Counted from the stretch's first letter, positions 26,691 through 39,390 are shown. The stretch is DNA of 41,433 nt from Octopus sinensis (GCF_006345805.1 NW_021835256.1:1-41433), one strand, 5' to 3'. Made by a program: numbers and translations. Notes: generated from the letters alone by a model not told the origin.

Positions 26691-26863
26691 AATACATATA
26701 TACGACAGACTTCTTTCAGTTTCCGTCTACCAAATCCACTCACAAGGCATTGGTCGGCCCGGGGCTATAGCAGAAGACACTTGCCCAAGATGCCACGCAG
26801 TGGGACTGAACCCGGAACCATGTGGTTGGTTAGCAAGCTACTTACCACACAACCACTTCTGCG
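26427..26863 (-). mobile_element. Full composite SINE (E + microsatellite + D) nested in Tigger
   Basis: Colinear with 13045-13508; splits the transposase after KQTS. Confidence 0.9.
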
Positions 26864-27096
26864 AGGAGAAGTCTGTTTTTCCTGTCTTTCAAAATCTTGC
26901 GAAAATGCATTAGATCAGTGTCATTAAATACAGTAGCTGCATGACCTGTGGATACATCTTCAGGAAAGTGTTTTTCTACAAATTCCGAAACATGCTGCCA
27001 TTTTGCCAACGCTGCCTTAATGTCACTCGTAGAAATAGCCTTCTTCGCTACACTGCCCTACTCTTGGGAACCAATCACTTCCACCACATCCCAATA

Positions 27097-27286
27097 TTTA
27101 TTTCTTTACTACCCGCAAGGGGCTAAACACAGAGAGGACAAACAAGGACAGACAAACGGATTAAGTCGATTATATCAACCCCAGTGCGTAACTGGTAATT
27201 AATTTATCGACCCCAAAAGGATGAAAGTCGACCTCGGCGGAATTTGAACCCAGAACCTAACGGCCGTGCTAACCATTCTGCCAATA
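27097..27286 (-). mobile_element. Family C SINE with internal deletions, nested in Tigger
   Basis: Matches 11223-11454 with two gaps; CCAATA at 27091 and 27281. Confidence 0.85.
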
Positions 27287-28305
27287 CAAATACTACTGCC
27301 CCCGAAGCTGCAGGAGTTCATCTGTCGACAGCTCTTCTGAGAGTTCCTCGACAAAATCGTTAATATCCCAATCGTCAACCTCGTGGGCCATAGACTTACC
27401 AAGAGACACTATTTCCTCGACTATAGATGTATCGAAGTCTCTTCCCGATACGCAGTCAGGCCACCGTTTCCTCCGTACAGAATTGAACGCTATTGTTACA
27501 TTCTGCCAGGCAATATTGATTTTCAGGCAGTTGACGGTGTTGTATTGTTCCCTACATAAGGGGTTATATTTGTATTTTCAGTGACTTCACAGCACTGAGA
27601 AACAGGTGTTTGGTATAAAATTTCCTAAAATTACAAATCACATATTCATCTATGGGCTCCAAGATAGGTCTGGTGCTGCGTGAGAAATATAGAACATTTA
27701 TGAAATTAAATTCATCCAGGACATAATCTTCGAAGTTAGAAGGGTGAGCAGGCACATTGTCGGGGATGACGAGAGCCTTGAGTGGAAGATCCTCCTCCAG
27801 AAGGGCATTTTCGCTGCTTGTCCGAATATAAGTTTAACCCACTAAGCGAAAATTGCGTGATGACTCAGGTTTTAACGTTTGCCCTCCACATAACCTGCAG
27901 CATCTCCTTCAAGATTGTGTGTGACTTGAACGCTCGTGATATTTCATTATGGTAGACAAGCAGCAGCTTAATCTCCAAGTCTCCACTCGAATTGGCACAA
28001 AGGGTAAGTGTTAACCTATCTTTCATAGGCTTGTGCTCGCTCTGGCTTTTTTTTCTCATCTGCAGTTATGTAGGTTCTTCTGGGCATATTTGTCCAATAA
28101 AAGCCAGTTTCCTCACAGTTGAATACATGTTATGCGATAAACCTCTCGGCTGTGATGAGCTGACAGAATTCACGCACAAAATCCTCAGCTTCCTTCGTGT
28201 CAGAACTCACTGCGACGCCATACTTGACGAACACCAATCCTTTTCTTGAAATTACCAAAGCAGCCGCAACTGGCTTTAAATGCGTCTGCTGATGTCTCCT
28301 CCGTC

Positions 28306-28440
28306 GATGTTTTACACAAAAGACAAAAGACGAAGACAGGTGTATAAACAACAAACATGTGTATTAGTTTAACGTTCGGTCACCCGAGAAAATCTTTTAC
28401 GTTCGAGTCTACGCTCTTTCAGCAGAAAGGAACACGAGAA
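28306..28440 (-). mobile_element. PLE-terminal-repeat-like fragment with degenerate hammerhead-like motif
   Basis: Minus strand CTTT-CTGCTGA-AA-GAGCGTAGACTC-GAA-CGT-A-AAAG...AAACTAATACAC...TGTCTTCGTCTTT; homologous to 39061-39180. Confidence 0.5.
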
Positions 28441-28451
28441 ATACGTATATG

Positions 28452-28454
<3 letters not shown>

Positions 28455-28506
<52 letters not shown>

Positions 28507-28632
28507 GTAGAAATATATTACAAAAAGAAAATATAAGATACACGTGGAAATGTAAGGGGAAAATATGAATAATAAACGAAAATTCACATTGTAAATAAAA
28601 AAAAAGGCTTTTTTTATGAAAGGTAACGACAG

Positions 28633-28668
<36 letters not shown>

Positions 28669-28956
28669 AGATATATATATAAGTGTGGCGGGTGTATCAT
28701 TTATATGATATCGATAAACTATATGTTATGGAACAGAAAATTCGCATTGAATTTAATTTCTATATCTAATATAGAATTTCAAATATATATTGCCAACGTT
28801 TGTATATTCCTTGAATTCCAAATGTGATGACTGTTGCGTTTATATTCCTGTAATTCTTTATTTTCAATTTCTGAAAATGTATTTCTTTTCAGAAATTGCG
28901 TTTATATATATTGTATTATATATATAATATATATATATATTATATATCTATATATA

Positions 28957-28998
<42 letters not shown>

Positions 28999-29308
28999 TA
29001 TATATATATTATATATATATATATATATACATACATATATATACGTAAATGGATTCTTTTCTACACAAGCTTCACTCTCCATAATTCTTAATTTCCAAGA
29101 ATCAGGCATAAAGTAAATTTCGAGACAGGAACAAATATATATACAAATGAATGTGAAAATAGATGTATACCTAGTCAGATTTTATGCGGTATGCATAATA
29201 TATATTCTAAAATTTACGTATATTCATACATATATATATATTTATATATATACATATATGGATGTATGGCTTTCGATAATATAAGCATATGCATACATAT
29301 CTCTCTCT

Positions 29309-29364
<56 letters not shown>

Positions 29365-30144
29365 ATATATATATAATATATATATTATATATATATATAT
29401 ATATATTCTATTTATCTATCTATTTATCTATATGTCTCTCTATGTTATATAAATATATAAATACGTTTATAGTATATATATATATATATATATATATACA
29501 AATATACATACAAACATGCGCACGCATATGTACATAGTTCTATGTAAATATCGTTATATCTTTCTATTTGCGTTAGGTATGTCTTTATTATACGGATACA
29601 CTTGACAGCCATATAGTCAACATGGTGCAATTCATAATCTGGAAGAATCTATATATCGTAATAGAGAATATAAGTGGACAGGACGATCGCAGACTGAAAA
29701 AGAAACATTGGAATTAATATGAGGGAGAGGGAAAGAACGGAACGAATATTTAATATAAAAATATCTAATGAAAAATCAACAGTGGAAGAGTGAGAATCAT
29801 AATAAAAATGCTTTTCAAATCTCGCATTCATTATATAATAATATTTATCTATCAGCACATTCTCAATCTGTTATAATCGCTAATCTAAACAGATTATTAT
29901 TATAAATACACGGACATGTGACAGATATATGTATATACATACATACATACATACATACATACGTATATATATATATAACTAAGGCTGCGAATGTGGAAAA
30001 TTGCAAGATCATTTTTTACGATATTTTATGTTATATATACAAAAACGTACACTCACAAACTTATATATCTACTTATAATATTTGTATATATAATCATACA
30101 ATATCGTAAAAATGATCATGCAATTTTCGACATCGCAGCCTTTG

Positions 30145-30214
<70 letters not shown>

Positions 30215-30371
30215 GTCGTATGTATGTATATATATATGAAATATATGTACATAATACATGTATATATTTACTTATATATATTTACTTATATATATTTACA
30301 CATATATATATATATATGTGTGTTGTGTTGTATATATATATTATACACATATATATATATTCTATATAATA

Positions 30372-30407
<36 letters not shown>

Positions 30408-30410
30408 AAT
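28455..30410. repeat. Cluster of (TA)n, (TCTA)n and (CATA)n microsatellites with AT-rich spacers
   Basis: Tracts at about 28455, 28635, 28905-29045, 29308-29420, 29930 and 30145-30410. Confidence 0.85.
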
Positions 30411-30431
30411 ATTTAAAACACACATATTTAA

Positions 30432-30520
30432 GCACTGGGGTCGATGTAATCGACTTATCCCCATCATTACCACCACCTCGGAAATTGCTGGCCTTGTGCC
30501 AAATTTGAAATCATTGTTAA
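30432..30520 (+). mobile_element. 5'-truncated C-type SINE 3' end with tail W
   Basis: GCACTGGGGTCGATGTAATCGACTTA (C module) followed by GAAATTGCTGGCCTTGTGCCAAATTTGAAA. Confidence 0.7.
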
Positions 30521-31629
30521 TGAGAAGTGAAGATTTGTGATTCAACGGAATTAGATCCTGTTACATTTCGAATTTATAGTTTTGAAATTCGTGATGTTCG
30601 AAAAGAGAAATCAGGTTCTTAATTACCCGCTATAAATATGTGATATCATACATCGTTATCGTATCGTATTCCTGCCTAGAATGGTTCCAATGTAGTCTTG
30701 ATTGCAATATAAAATTGTATTATGGCATTGCAGTGAACAGTCACCTGCGAATGCCTAGAGCTTTTGTAACATATAGCACAAGTTTATCAATTTGTTTTAA
30801 AAGCGGTTTGGTTGTTTCAGGCTGGTAAACTCACTTTTGACTCTACTACCCTTACATTCAGTGCTATGTGTAATTTACGACAAATAGATCACTACAGGAA
30901 GTGAACGCGAGTGAGAGAGTGAGAGAGAAAGAGCTGGAACGACACATGGCTGGTACGTCTTTTGCAGTTGAATATACGGGTGCAACTTGAACGAAGAGCC
31001 CAAAGGAGTCGAAAGGGAGCCTGCAGTATTATGATTGCAAGTCGAACAACCGAAGCCGTACAGCTCTTCTTTTCAGACCGTTTTCGGAGTTATATACCCT
31101 ATATTCGTATACATCACCCATTCCGTATAATACCTTTGCCTACAGCTATTCATCTACATTCACAAATATTTTATGAACGAATAGCATAATATAGATTAAT
31201 AAATGCAGTGAACCAGTGATTAGCCTTTTCCAAGCCTATTGTTCGCATATGCATGCAATAAAAACAAAACCAAAGTGGCTCAATTTTACCAATAACGTTT
31301 GAGTATGAATATGTATGTTAATATGTGTATAGCCGAAAGTATATTTACAGCCGTATGATCACCTTCAGTTTTATCTCACAATATTTTACTGATCATATCC
31401 GTCTCATTGCTGCAACTTTTTCCAAACGAAGAGAAACCACGCTTATCTACTGTTAAACTAACTGACATATCAAACGGGTCTGCAATCCACTCTACTCAAT
31501 ACGCGTAAAACCTTGCAAAGACATTACCATAACTCTCCCTTCTTTTAAACTTATATAATTTGGTAATATACTGCCCAACAATGAAACCAACAATTATATA
31601 TATATATGTTCTCCATTTTCTTATTTATA

Positions 31630-31681
31630 GATATATATATATATATATATATTATATGTATATATTATATATAATATATAG

Positions 31682-31715
<34 letters not shown>

Positions 31716-31719
31716 ATGT

Positions 31720-31766
<47 letters not shown>

Positions 31767-31809
31767 TATATATATCATATATATATATAATTATTTATAT
31801 AATATTTAC

Positions 31810-31882
<73 letters not shown>

Positions 31883-32399
31883 TATTCATACATATATGTT
31901 GATACCAATAATACGTTAGCGCCATTCATTCTTTCATATTATATATTCGCAGATTATCGAACGTGAAGCCTTTTAAATCCTATAACTACACAAAGTCTAT
32001 AAAATGTGTCTATATATGTGTGCAAGTGTATGCGGGTGTATACATACCTATGCAATGTGATCTTTGACGGTTTAATATGATATGGATACGCTTTTTCTAT
32101 ATATTTTCTACTTCTATATTTCGTATACATACAAAGGAAGTTTATTGAATGGATCAAAAGCTGTTTGAAATGAGGCTTAATCGCTTATCTCATTTAATAA
32201 TCAAAGGAAAGCATGAAAGACAAACCCTATCATAAACCCGTAATAATGAGTTCTTGTCTATAACATCCTTTTAAAGATCCAAGGATTACAGCCAGGAAAT
32301 TCGGTAAAAAGCTGGCCTTTATTATTCTTCTTTTTTCTGTTCATGTAACCAAATTTCTTTTCCTTCTTTACTATATGTTCATAAGTGTGTTAGTTTTAT

Positions 32400-32477
<78 letters not shown>

Positions 32478-32490
32478 GATGATATGTTGT

Positions 32491-32521
<31 letters not shown>

Positions 32522-32728
32522 AATATATATGTATGTATATATCTGTGTGTTCTGTTGCTTTTTTTGTACTTGTTTTGTTGATTCTTTATAATTTCTTGCT
32601 TTCTGTACTTGTATAATTCTTTTCCCTTTATATTCATACGTTTATATTTCATTTATATATTTATCGCCATTTTGTGAATATATGTGTGTACGTGTATGTT
32701 CACGCGTGCGTGCATGTGTGTGTGTACA

Positions 32729-32772
<44 letters not shown>

Positions 32773-33100
32773 CTGTGTGTGTGTATATGTGCATACATAT
32801 ATATATATAATCTGATATGCACATATATATGTATACAAATATATGATTTGATATGCACATATATACATGTACACATAAATATATGCATACATGGATTGCA
32901 CATACACACGCATGCAAATACACACACTCACACACACGCACGCACACAAACACACATATATATACACGTGGATATGTGTATGAGGCTAGATGTCTATTTT
33001 ATTTTCCTGTATATGTACATATTGCATTTACGTTTATGTTGTTACATATATGTGTGCTAGTATACCTGTGTATGTGTGTGTGTATATAAGTGGGTGAATT
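31630..33100. repeat. (TA)n and TG/CA-rich low-complexity tracts
   Basis: Tracts at 31630-31885, 32402-32535 and 32680-33090. Confidence 0.85.
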
Positions 33101-33225
33101 TACATGTGTTTGCATTTATCCTCTTTATTTTTGTTTTCATGTGATTTATTAAACTTTAGTTATTTAAGGTGTTCTTTTCCAATCACTCGGCGGAGTCTGT
33201 TGTCTGTTGTCTATATATATATATA

Positions 33226-33398
33226 TACTCTTTTACTCTTTTACTGGAGCACCGCCTTTAGTCGAGCAAATCGACCCCGGGACTTATTCTTTGTAAGCCC
33301 AGTACTTATTCTATCGGTTCTTTTGCCGAACCGCTAAGTGACGGGGACGTAAACACACCAGCATCTGTTGTCAAGCAATGCTAGGGGGACAAACACAT

Positions 33399-33420
<22 letters not shown>
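33226..33420 (-). mobile_element. Composite SINE 3' half (module D) with internal deletion
   Basis: Matches 41245-41433 but lacks GTTTCAGTCATTTGACTGCGGCCATG. Confidence 0.85.
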
Positions 33421-33430
<10 letters not shown>

Positions 33431-33476
33431 CCGCTCAGCTATCTATCTATCTATCTATAGCAACACCTATCTTTTA

Positions 33477-33509
<33 letters not shown>

Positions 33510-33544
33510 TATATATATATATATATATATAATATATCCGCTCA

Positions 33545-34352
33545 GTCGAAGTCGACTCTCGGTTACTCCAGCCAATTTTCTTTTGTGCAGCGCAGGGATC
33601 TCAGTTCGCTGGTGGCTACATTAGCAGGCAGGCATCCAGATGGATTTGACCCATCTGCGTCATCAATACCGCTACGATTATGATTATCCTCGCGCTCTTC
33701 CCTAGTGGCCAATGTGGTACCTTGCAGCCTGGGGTTCCCACCGCTTGGTACCATCATATTAGAATTCTTACACTTTTGATCTATAGAGTACATTGGCCAA
33801 GATGCTAGGGTAGGTGACCAGGTCTTTCCCCAGGCCTGAGCCGTTTAGCCAGCATACTTACCATATACTGTTGCCACCCCCAACACCTCGGTGAGAAGAA
33901 CGGTTGGACTTTAAAGAGGTTAGGGCAGCGGACGCGCGGTCGTAAGAACGTGGTTTTGAATCCTAGACCGGGCATTCTGAGGGTTTATTGAGCAAAAACA
34001 CCTGAGCTCTACGAGGCTCCGGCGGGGAAGGGTGGGTAAACCCTGCTGTACTCTTTCACCACAACTTTCACTCTTTCTTCCTACCGCCACAAAGCAGAGG
34101 AACCCTTGTGTAACTCACTATGGTGTGGTAAACTTTCAGGCCCTAGTCTAGATTGCGAATCCTCTGTACACCAGGACGGTCCAGCTCTCCACCCGTTAAA
34201 AGCTACCGTTTACTGAATGAGGATAACAATGTAGCGTTCGCACCAGTGCGTGTGGTGGATGGATCTTCAAGTTGCCACACGCATTCCTAGTAGCTTAGAG
34301 TAGGCTCCAATTAGAGGTTATTCTTTGTGGCTAATGTCGTGTGTCCTGATTG
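33545..34352. other. Unclassified GC-richer element, possibly an RTE-like LINE remnant, interrupted by a SINE
   Basis: Higher GC than the flanks, continues on both sides of the 33918 SINE and abuts the long (GAA)n tract. ORF 33563..33793 has only vague similarity to a LINE endonuclease N-terminus. Confidence 0.25.
33918..34082 (+). mobile_element. Head A SINE fragment
   Basis: GGTTAGGGCAGCGGAC...GGTTTATTGAGCAAAAACACCT...CCCTGCTGTACTCTTTCACCACAACTTTC as in 20920-21080. Confidence 0.85.
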
Positions 34353-35020
34353 GAAGAAGACGAAGAAGAAGATGGAGAGGAAGAGGAAGACGAAGAAGTG
34401 GATCTAGAAGAAGGAGAAGAAGAAAAAGAAGAAGACGAAGAAGAAGAAGAAGAAAGAAGAGGAAGATGAAGGAGAAGAAGAAAGAGAAGAACGAAGAAGA
34501 AGAGTGAAAGAGAGGAGAAGATGAAGGAGGAAGAAGAAGAAGAAGAAGAAGAGAGAAGAGAGAGAAGAAGTGGAGAAGAAGAATAGGAGGTATAATAGAA
34601 GGAGGAGGAGAAGAAAGAAGAAAGAAGGAAGAGGAGAGAGAGAGAAGGAGAAGGAGAGAAGAAGAAGAAGAAAAGAAGAGAAAGAAGAAGAAGAAGAGAA
34701 GACGAAAGAAGAAGAAGAGAAGGAGAAAAGAAGAAAAGAAGGAGAAGGAAAGAAGAAGAAGAAGGAGAAGAAGAAGAAAGAAGGAGAAGAGAAGAATAAG
34801 AAGAAGAGAAGAAGAAGAAGAAGTAGAGAGAAGAGAAAGAAGAAGGAGAAGAAAAGAAGTGAGGAGAGAAGAAGAGAGAAGAAGTGAGGAGGAAGAAGAA
34901 GAAGGAGGAGGAAAAAGAAGTAGAGAAGGAAGAAGAAAGAAGAAGATGAAGAAGAAGAAGAAGAAGCAGAACGAAGAAGGTGAAGAAGAAGAGAGAAGAA
35001 GAAGAAGAAGAAGACAAGAA
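34353..35020. repeat. Degenerate (GAA/GAG)n polypurine tract
   Basis: About 670 bp, almost all purine on the + strand. Confidence 0.97.
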
Positions 35021-35496
35021 ACACAGCAGCACCTAGAGATACAACCGACAGCGAGATACAACGACGCGAAATATAACACTGGCTAACACAGCACAGAATT
35101 AATAAGAACAAACAATAAAACAAAACAAAAGCCAAAACAAAAAAAAAATAAATATACCGGGGGGGGTGGGGGAACAGTAATGGAAACGATAATAACAGGT
35201 ACAATAAAAGGGAAGCACGTTGGAAAGCTTCGATAAATAGTAACAACAAAACAGGAGCCGGGACAATATTACTGTATTCAGAGCATAAATAATACAGGAG
35301 ATACAACGAAAAACAACAAGGTATAATAAAGGCTATACATAAATATAATACTAACAACAACAACAAATAAAACTGCATCAACAAGAAGAAGAAGAAGATC
35401 CACAAGAAAACAAGCATAAAACATATAGGAACTTTTTTTTCCCATTATGAGAATATTCAGGTTATAAAATATTATATTGGGCACGTATACAATCTG

Positions 35497-35997
35497 CTTC
35501 TTCTTCTTCTTCTTCTTCTTCTTCTTCTTCTTCGTCTCGATTGCTTCTTCATTATTCTGTCCTCTTCTTCTTCTTCTTCTTCTTCTTCTTCTTTCTTCTT
35601 CTTCTTCTTCTTCTTCTCCTTCTTCTTCTTCTTCTTCTATTCCTCTTGCTTCTCCTTCTTCTCTTCCTCCTCCTACACCTCCTCCTTCTTCTTCGTCTTC
35701 TTACTTCGTCTACGTTTTGCTTCTATTTCCCAATTATTCTTCTTCTACTTTTTCTTCTTCCATTTCTTCATCCTCCACTTCTTCTACCGCTTCTTTTCTT
35801 CTTCTTCTTCTTCTTCTTCTTCATCTTCTTCTTCTTCTTCTTCTTCTTCTTCTTCTTCTTCTTCTTCTTCTTCTTCTTTTCTTCTTCTTCTTCTTCTTCA
35901 TTTTCGTCGTCTACTTCCTCTGCTTCTTCTACCTCTCTCCTAAATTCTCCTAAATTCTTACCCACCACTTCTTCATCCTTCCTTTTTTTGTTCTTCT
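35497..35997. repeat. Degenerate (TTC)n polypyrimidine tract
   Basis: About 500 bp, almost all pyrimidine on the + strand; followed by (CAC)n(CAT)n at 36038-36138. Confidence 0.97.
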
Positions 35998-36055
35998 AGT
36001 CATTTTGTAGCCCCTTTTTCCTTAGGAATGATCCGTACCACCACCACCCACCACC

Positions 36056-36101
<46 letters not shown>

Positions 36102-36596
36102 CCATCATCACCATCTTCATCACCATCATCATCATCAAAATCATCGTCTCGTCATGATCAAATCTTCTGCCAATTCTTTTTTTTCTTAATTCCTTCCTTC
36201 CACCTTCTCACACTTTCTTTTCTTCCCTCTCCAATTTCATCTTCATCCCGACCGTCTACTCCGATACCTTTTTCTTCTCCTTTGTGCTAACAGACCATCA
36301 TCTCATACAAACTATTCACTTTGCGCTCATAATCGACTTACCTCTGTTTCCCTCAACACATCGTTTGTTCAACAAGCTCGTAAACTCACGTACACATTCT
36401 TTTATTTTACCTTCCAAATAATAAACATTCCATAACACTTTTCTTGTTTCTATTTTTTTTCTTTTTTGCAATATGCTCTCTTTCGAGATCCTATTTTCCA
36501 TTTCATATCTACTTATTATCATTTTCTGAAATCTCACTCCATGTCTATGTCTTTCAAACATCTCTCCAGCTTTTTCTCTTTATACATATATAGTAC

Positions 36597-36729
36597 GGTA
36601 AGTAGCTTCTTTACCAACCACATGGTTCCGGGTTCAGTGTCTTCTACTATAGCCTCGGGCCGACCAAAGTCTTGTGAATGGATTTGGTAGACGGAAACTA
36701 AAAGAAGCCCGTCGTATATATGTATTTGT

Positions 36730-36777
<48 letters not shown>

Positions 36778-37030
36778 GTATGTGTGTGTGTATGTGTGTG
36801 TGTGTGTGCGTGTGTGTGTGTTTGTGTTTCTGTGTTTGTCCCAATATCGCTTGACAACTGATGCTGGTTCCGAGGTTCGTTCCTCTGCATTGCAACTTGC
36901 ATAGGTGTCTTCTACTATAGCCTTGGGCCGACCAGAATGTTGTCCCCGTAACTTGGCGGTTCACAAAAAGATACTGATAGAATGAGTACTAGGCTTACAA
37001 AGAACAAGTTCTTGCGTCGTATTTTGAAAC
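36597..37030 (+). mobile_element. Rearranged composite SINE (E + microsatellite + D with internal E fragment)
   Basis: Truncated E head, TA/TG run, D start, second E segment GTGTCTTCTACTATAGCCTTGGGCCGACCA at about 36905-36934, then D resumes. Confidence 0.75.
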
Positions 37031-37050
37031 TTACAAGGCTGCATTCCAGC

Positions 37051-37135
<85 letters not shown>

Positions 37136-37202
37136 TGTGTGTAAATTTATAAATTCTTGTGAATTCTTCATCATCCAATTCTTGTGGTGTTGTTTGTTCC
37201 TT

Positions 37203-37492
37203 CTCGAGCCACGCCTGGCTCATAAGGGCCGGTTTCCCGGTTACCTTGGCGTACAGGTTCCCCACCTGGACGGGACGCTGGTCCGTCGCAGGTGAGCAGC
37301 AAGATGCAGGAGGAAAGAGTGAGAGAAAGTTGTGGCGAAAGAGTCAGCGGAAGTTCGCCATTACCTCCTGCCAGAGTCGCATGGAGCTTAGGTGTTTCGC
37401 TCATTAACACAAACATCACCCGGTCTGAGATTCGATCCCGCGGTCCCTCTACCGCGAGTCCGCTGCTCTAATCACTAGGCCATGTGCCTCCA
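37203..37492 (-). mobile_element. tRNA-derived SINE, head A + tail X
   Basis: Reverse complement is colinear with 582-880. Confidence 0.85.
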
Positions 37493-37666
37493 CCCAATTC
37501 TTGTGGGTAAGTATGAATTTCTGAAATAGGTAGAGAACTTAACAGAATTGCGTTAGTGATGTCACGTCTGCAGAAGATACCGCTTTGCGTAATTCGTGCA
37601 ACACGGGATGTTTTCTGTCCCAGGGGAACTGTCATTCCAATATTTGCACGCCATTATTAATAATTT

Positions 37667-37870
37667 TATTTCTCCATTACCCACAGGGGGCTAAACATAG
37701 AGGGGACAACCAAGGACAGGCAAAGAGATTAAGTCGATTACATCGATTCCAGTGCGTAACTGGTACTTAATTTATCGACCTCGGCGGAATTTGAACTCAG
37801 AGCATAACGGCAGACGAATTACTGCTAAGCATTTCGCCCAGCGTGCTAATGTTTCTGCCAGCTCACCGCC
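37667..37870 (-). mobile_element. Family C SINE with internal deletion
   Basis: Matches 11223-11454 but lacks CCCGAAAGGATGAAAGGCAAAGTCGA. Confidence 0.85.
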
Positions 37871-38289
37871 TTACTTCTTTCAACGATCTAAGTTGGAAAA
37901 ATGAATTATTCCTATTCCTTGTTTTGACTCCCTCTCTTTGCGTCGTATCTAATCCATTTAGTCTCATAGCATTTGCTTTCTATCTCTCACACTTCTTTAT
38001 CATCAGTGTACTTTAAATGTTGTGTATGCCTTTGCACGTAGTATATGTTCATCTGTGTATGTCTTAAAATCATAATTTAGCAGCTTGGTTGGTTCTTATT
38101 TCTTTCTGTAATATGTTATTCACATTCATAGGTTTTTCTTTTCTTTATTTTTTGTTTTTGTTTTGTCATGGCTTTAATCGTTTACTGTTTTGTATATACA
38201 TAGGACTGGCACACATCCCGCTAAACCAACATTCTCTTCAGTGTTGAATGAATTCAAATGCACATCGGTATATAGCTGCATATGTATCT

Positions 38290-38291
38290 CA

Positions 38292-38335
<44 letters not shown>

Positions 38336-38436
38336 TCTCTATCTATCTATCTATCTATCTATTTATCTATCTGCTTCCCCACACATATATACGTGTATAT
38401 ATACATACAAACACGCACATATATATATATGTATGT

Positions 38437-38494
<58 letters not shown>

Positions 38495-39183
38495 GACAAA
38501 CAAATATATGCACATATGAACGTGTATATATAAATGTATATATATATATATGCATTATCCCACACTAACACAAGCACGTAAAATTTGTACACACGCATAA
38601 TGAATTAGCACACGCAGCATATATAGTCAAAGGTAAGTTTCGTCCAAATACACACACCATACACTTGCACACTGTCTGGTCACATTCACATACACAGATG
38701 AACATATACTACGTGCAAACGCACACAACGACTGCTACTCTCAACACACGCACAGACACACACACACGATATACACGCACAAACTCACATACGTCAGTGT
38801 CACTCTCCCATCTTCACACGCACGTACACACACGTACACACTCACACACACACCATTCACGGCTACGCACACATGGAAGCGCACCTTCCTTGTTGGGATT
38901 GCTATCCCTTTATTATCTCCATTTCATTCAACACCTTTATTTATTATTATTATTATCTCCCTTTCTTTCAATCTTATATTTTTCCAATGATCCGGCAGGC
39001 TGAACCGCTGAAATTTGCAAGATTGTTTTTTCACTCTCTCTCTCTCTTTACTTTCTCTTATTCTTTTCTGCTGAAGAGCGGACACTCGAAACGTAAAACA
39101 CTTTTCTCATTTTTCCCCGCAATCAAACTAATACACTTCCTTGTTGTTCGTACGTCTGCGTCTTTCGCTTCTCTACAAATTCC

Positions 39184-39215
<32 letters not shown>

Positions 39216-39356
39216 GTATGTATGTGTGTGTGTGTGTATAAATATATATGTATATATATATATATATATACATATATATATAGATATAAAATTAGTAATG
39301 CAATATCGGTACTTCGTTGTGCCATATATTTACTTCTATATATAGAGTAGATATAT

Positions 39357-39390
<34 letters not shown>

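Larger units (their letters stand above)
26037..28305 (-). mobile_element. Tigger/pogo DNA transposon remnant: decayed transposase (28305-26301) and one TIR
   Basis: Minus-strand motifs: AFKASCG.F.NFKKR, VFNCEETG.YW..MP.RTYI (28117), KPMKDRLTLTLCANSSGD, DNVPAHP (27761), EPIDEYVI.NF, EEIVSLGKSM, FNDT.L.HFRKILK, LPEVLMEGDSPSKQ* (stop 26301-26303). TA + CAGTGATACTTCGCAGTACGAG at 26035 resembles a Tigger TIR. The 5' end is missing and two SINEs are nested. Confidence 0.88.

Noticed and set aside
30946-31189. Possible first exon ATGGCTG|GTACGT spliced to the acceptor at 31076
   Set aside because: It yields only about 40 codons with no recognisable domain; such signals occur by chance.
37964-38008. 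Minus-strand CUGAUGA...GAAAGC-AAAU-GCUA hammerhead-like core
   Set aside because: Helices I and II have only 2 bp each; compatible with chance.
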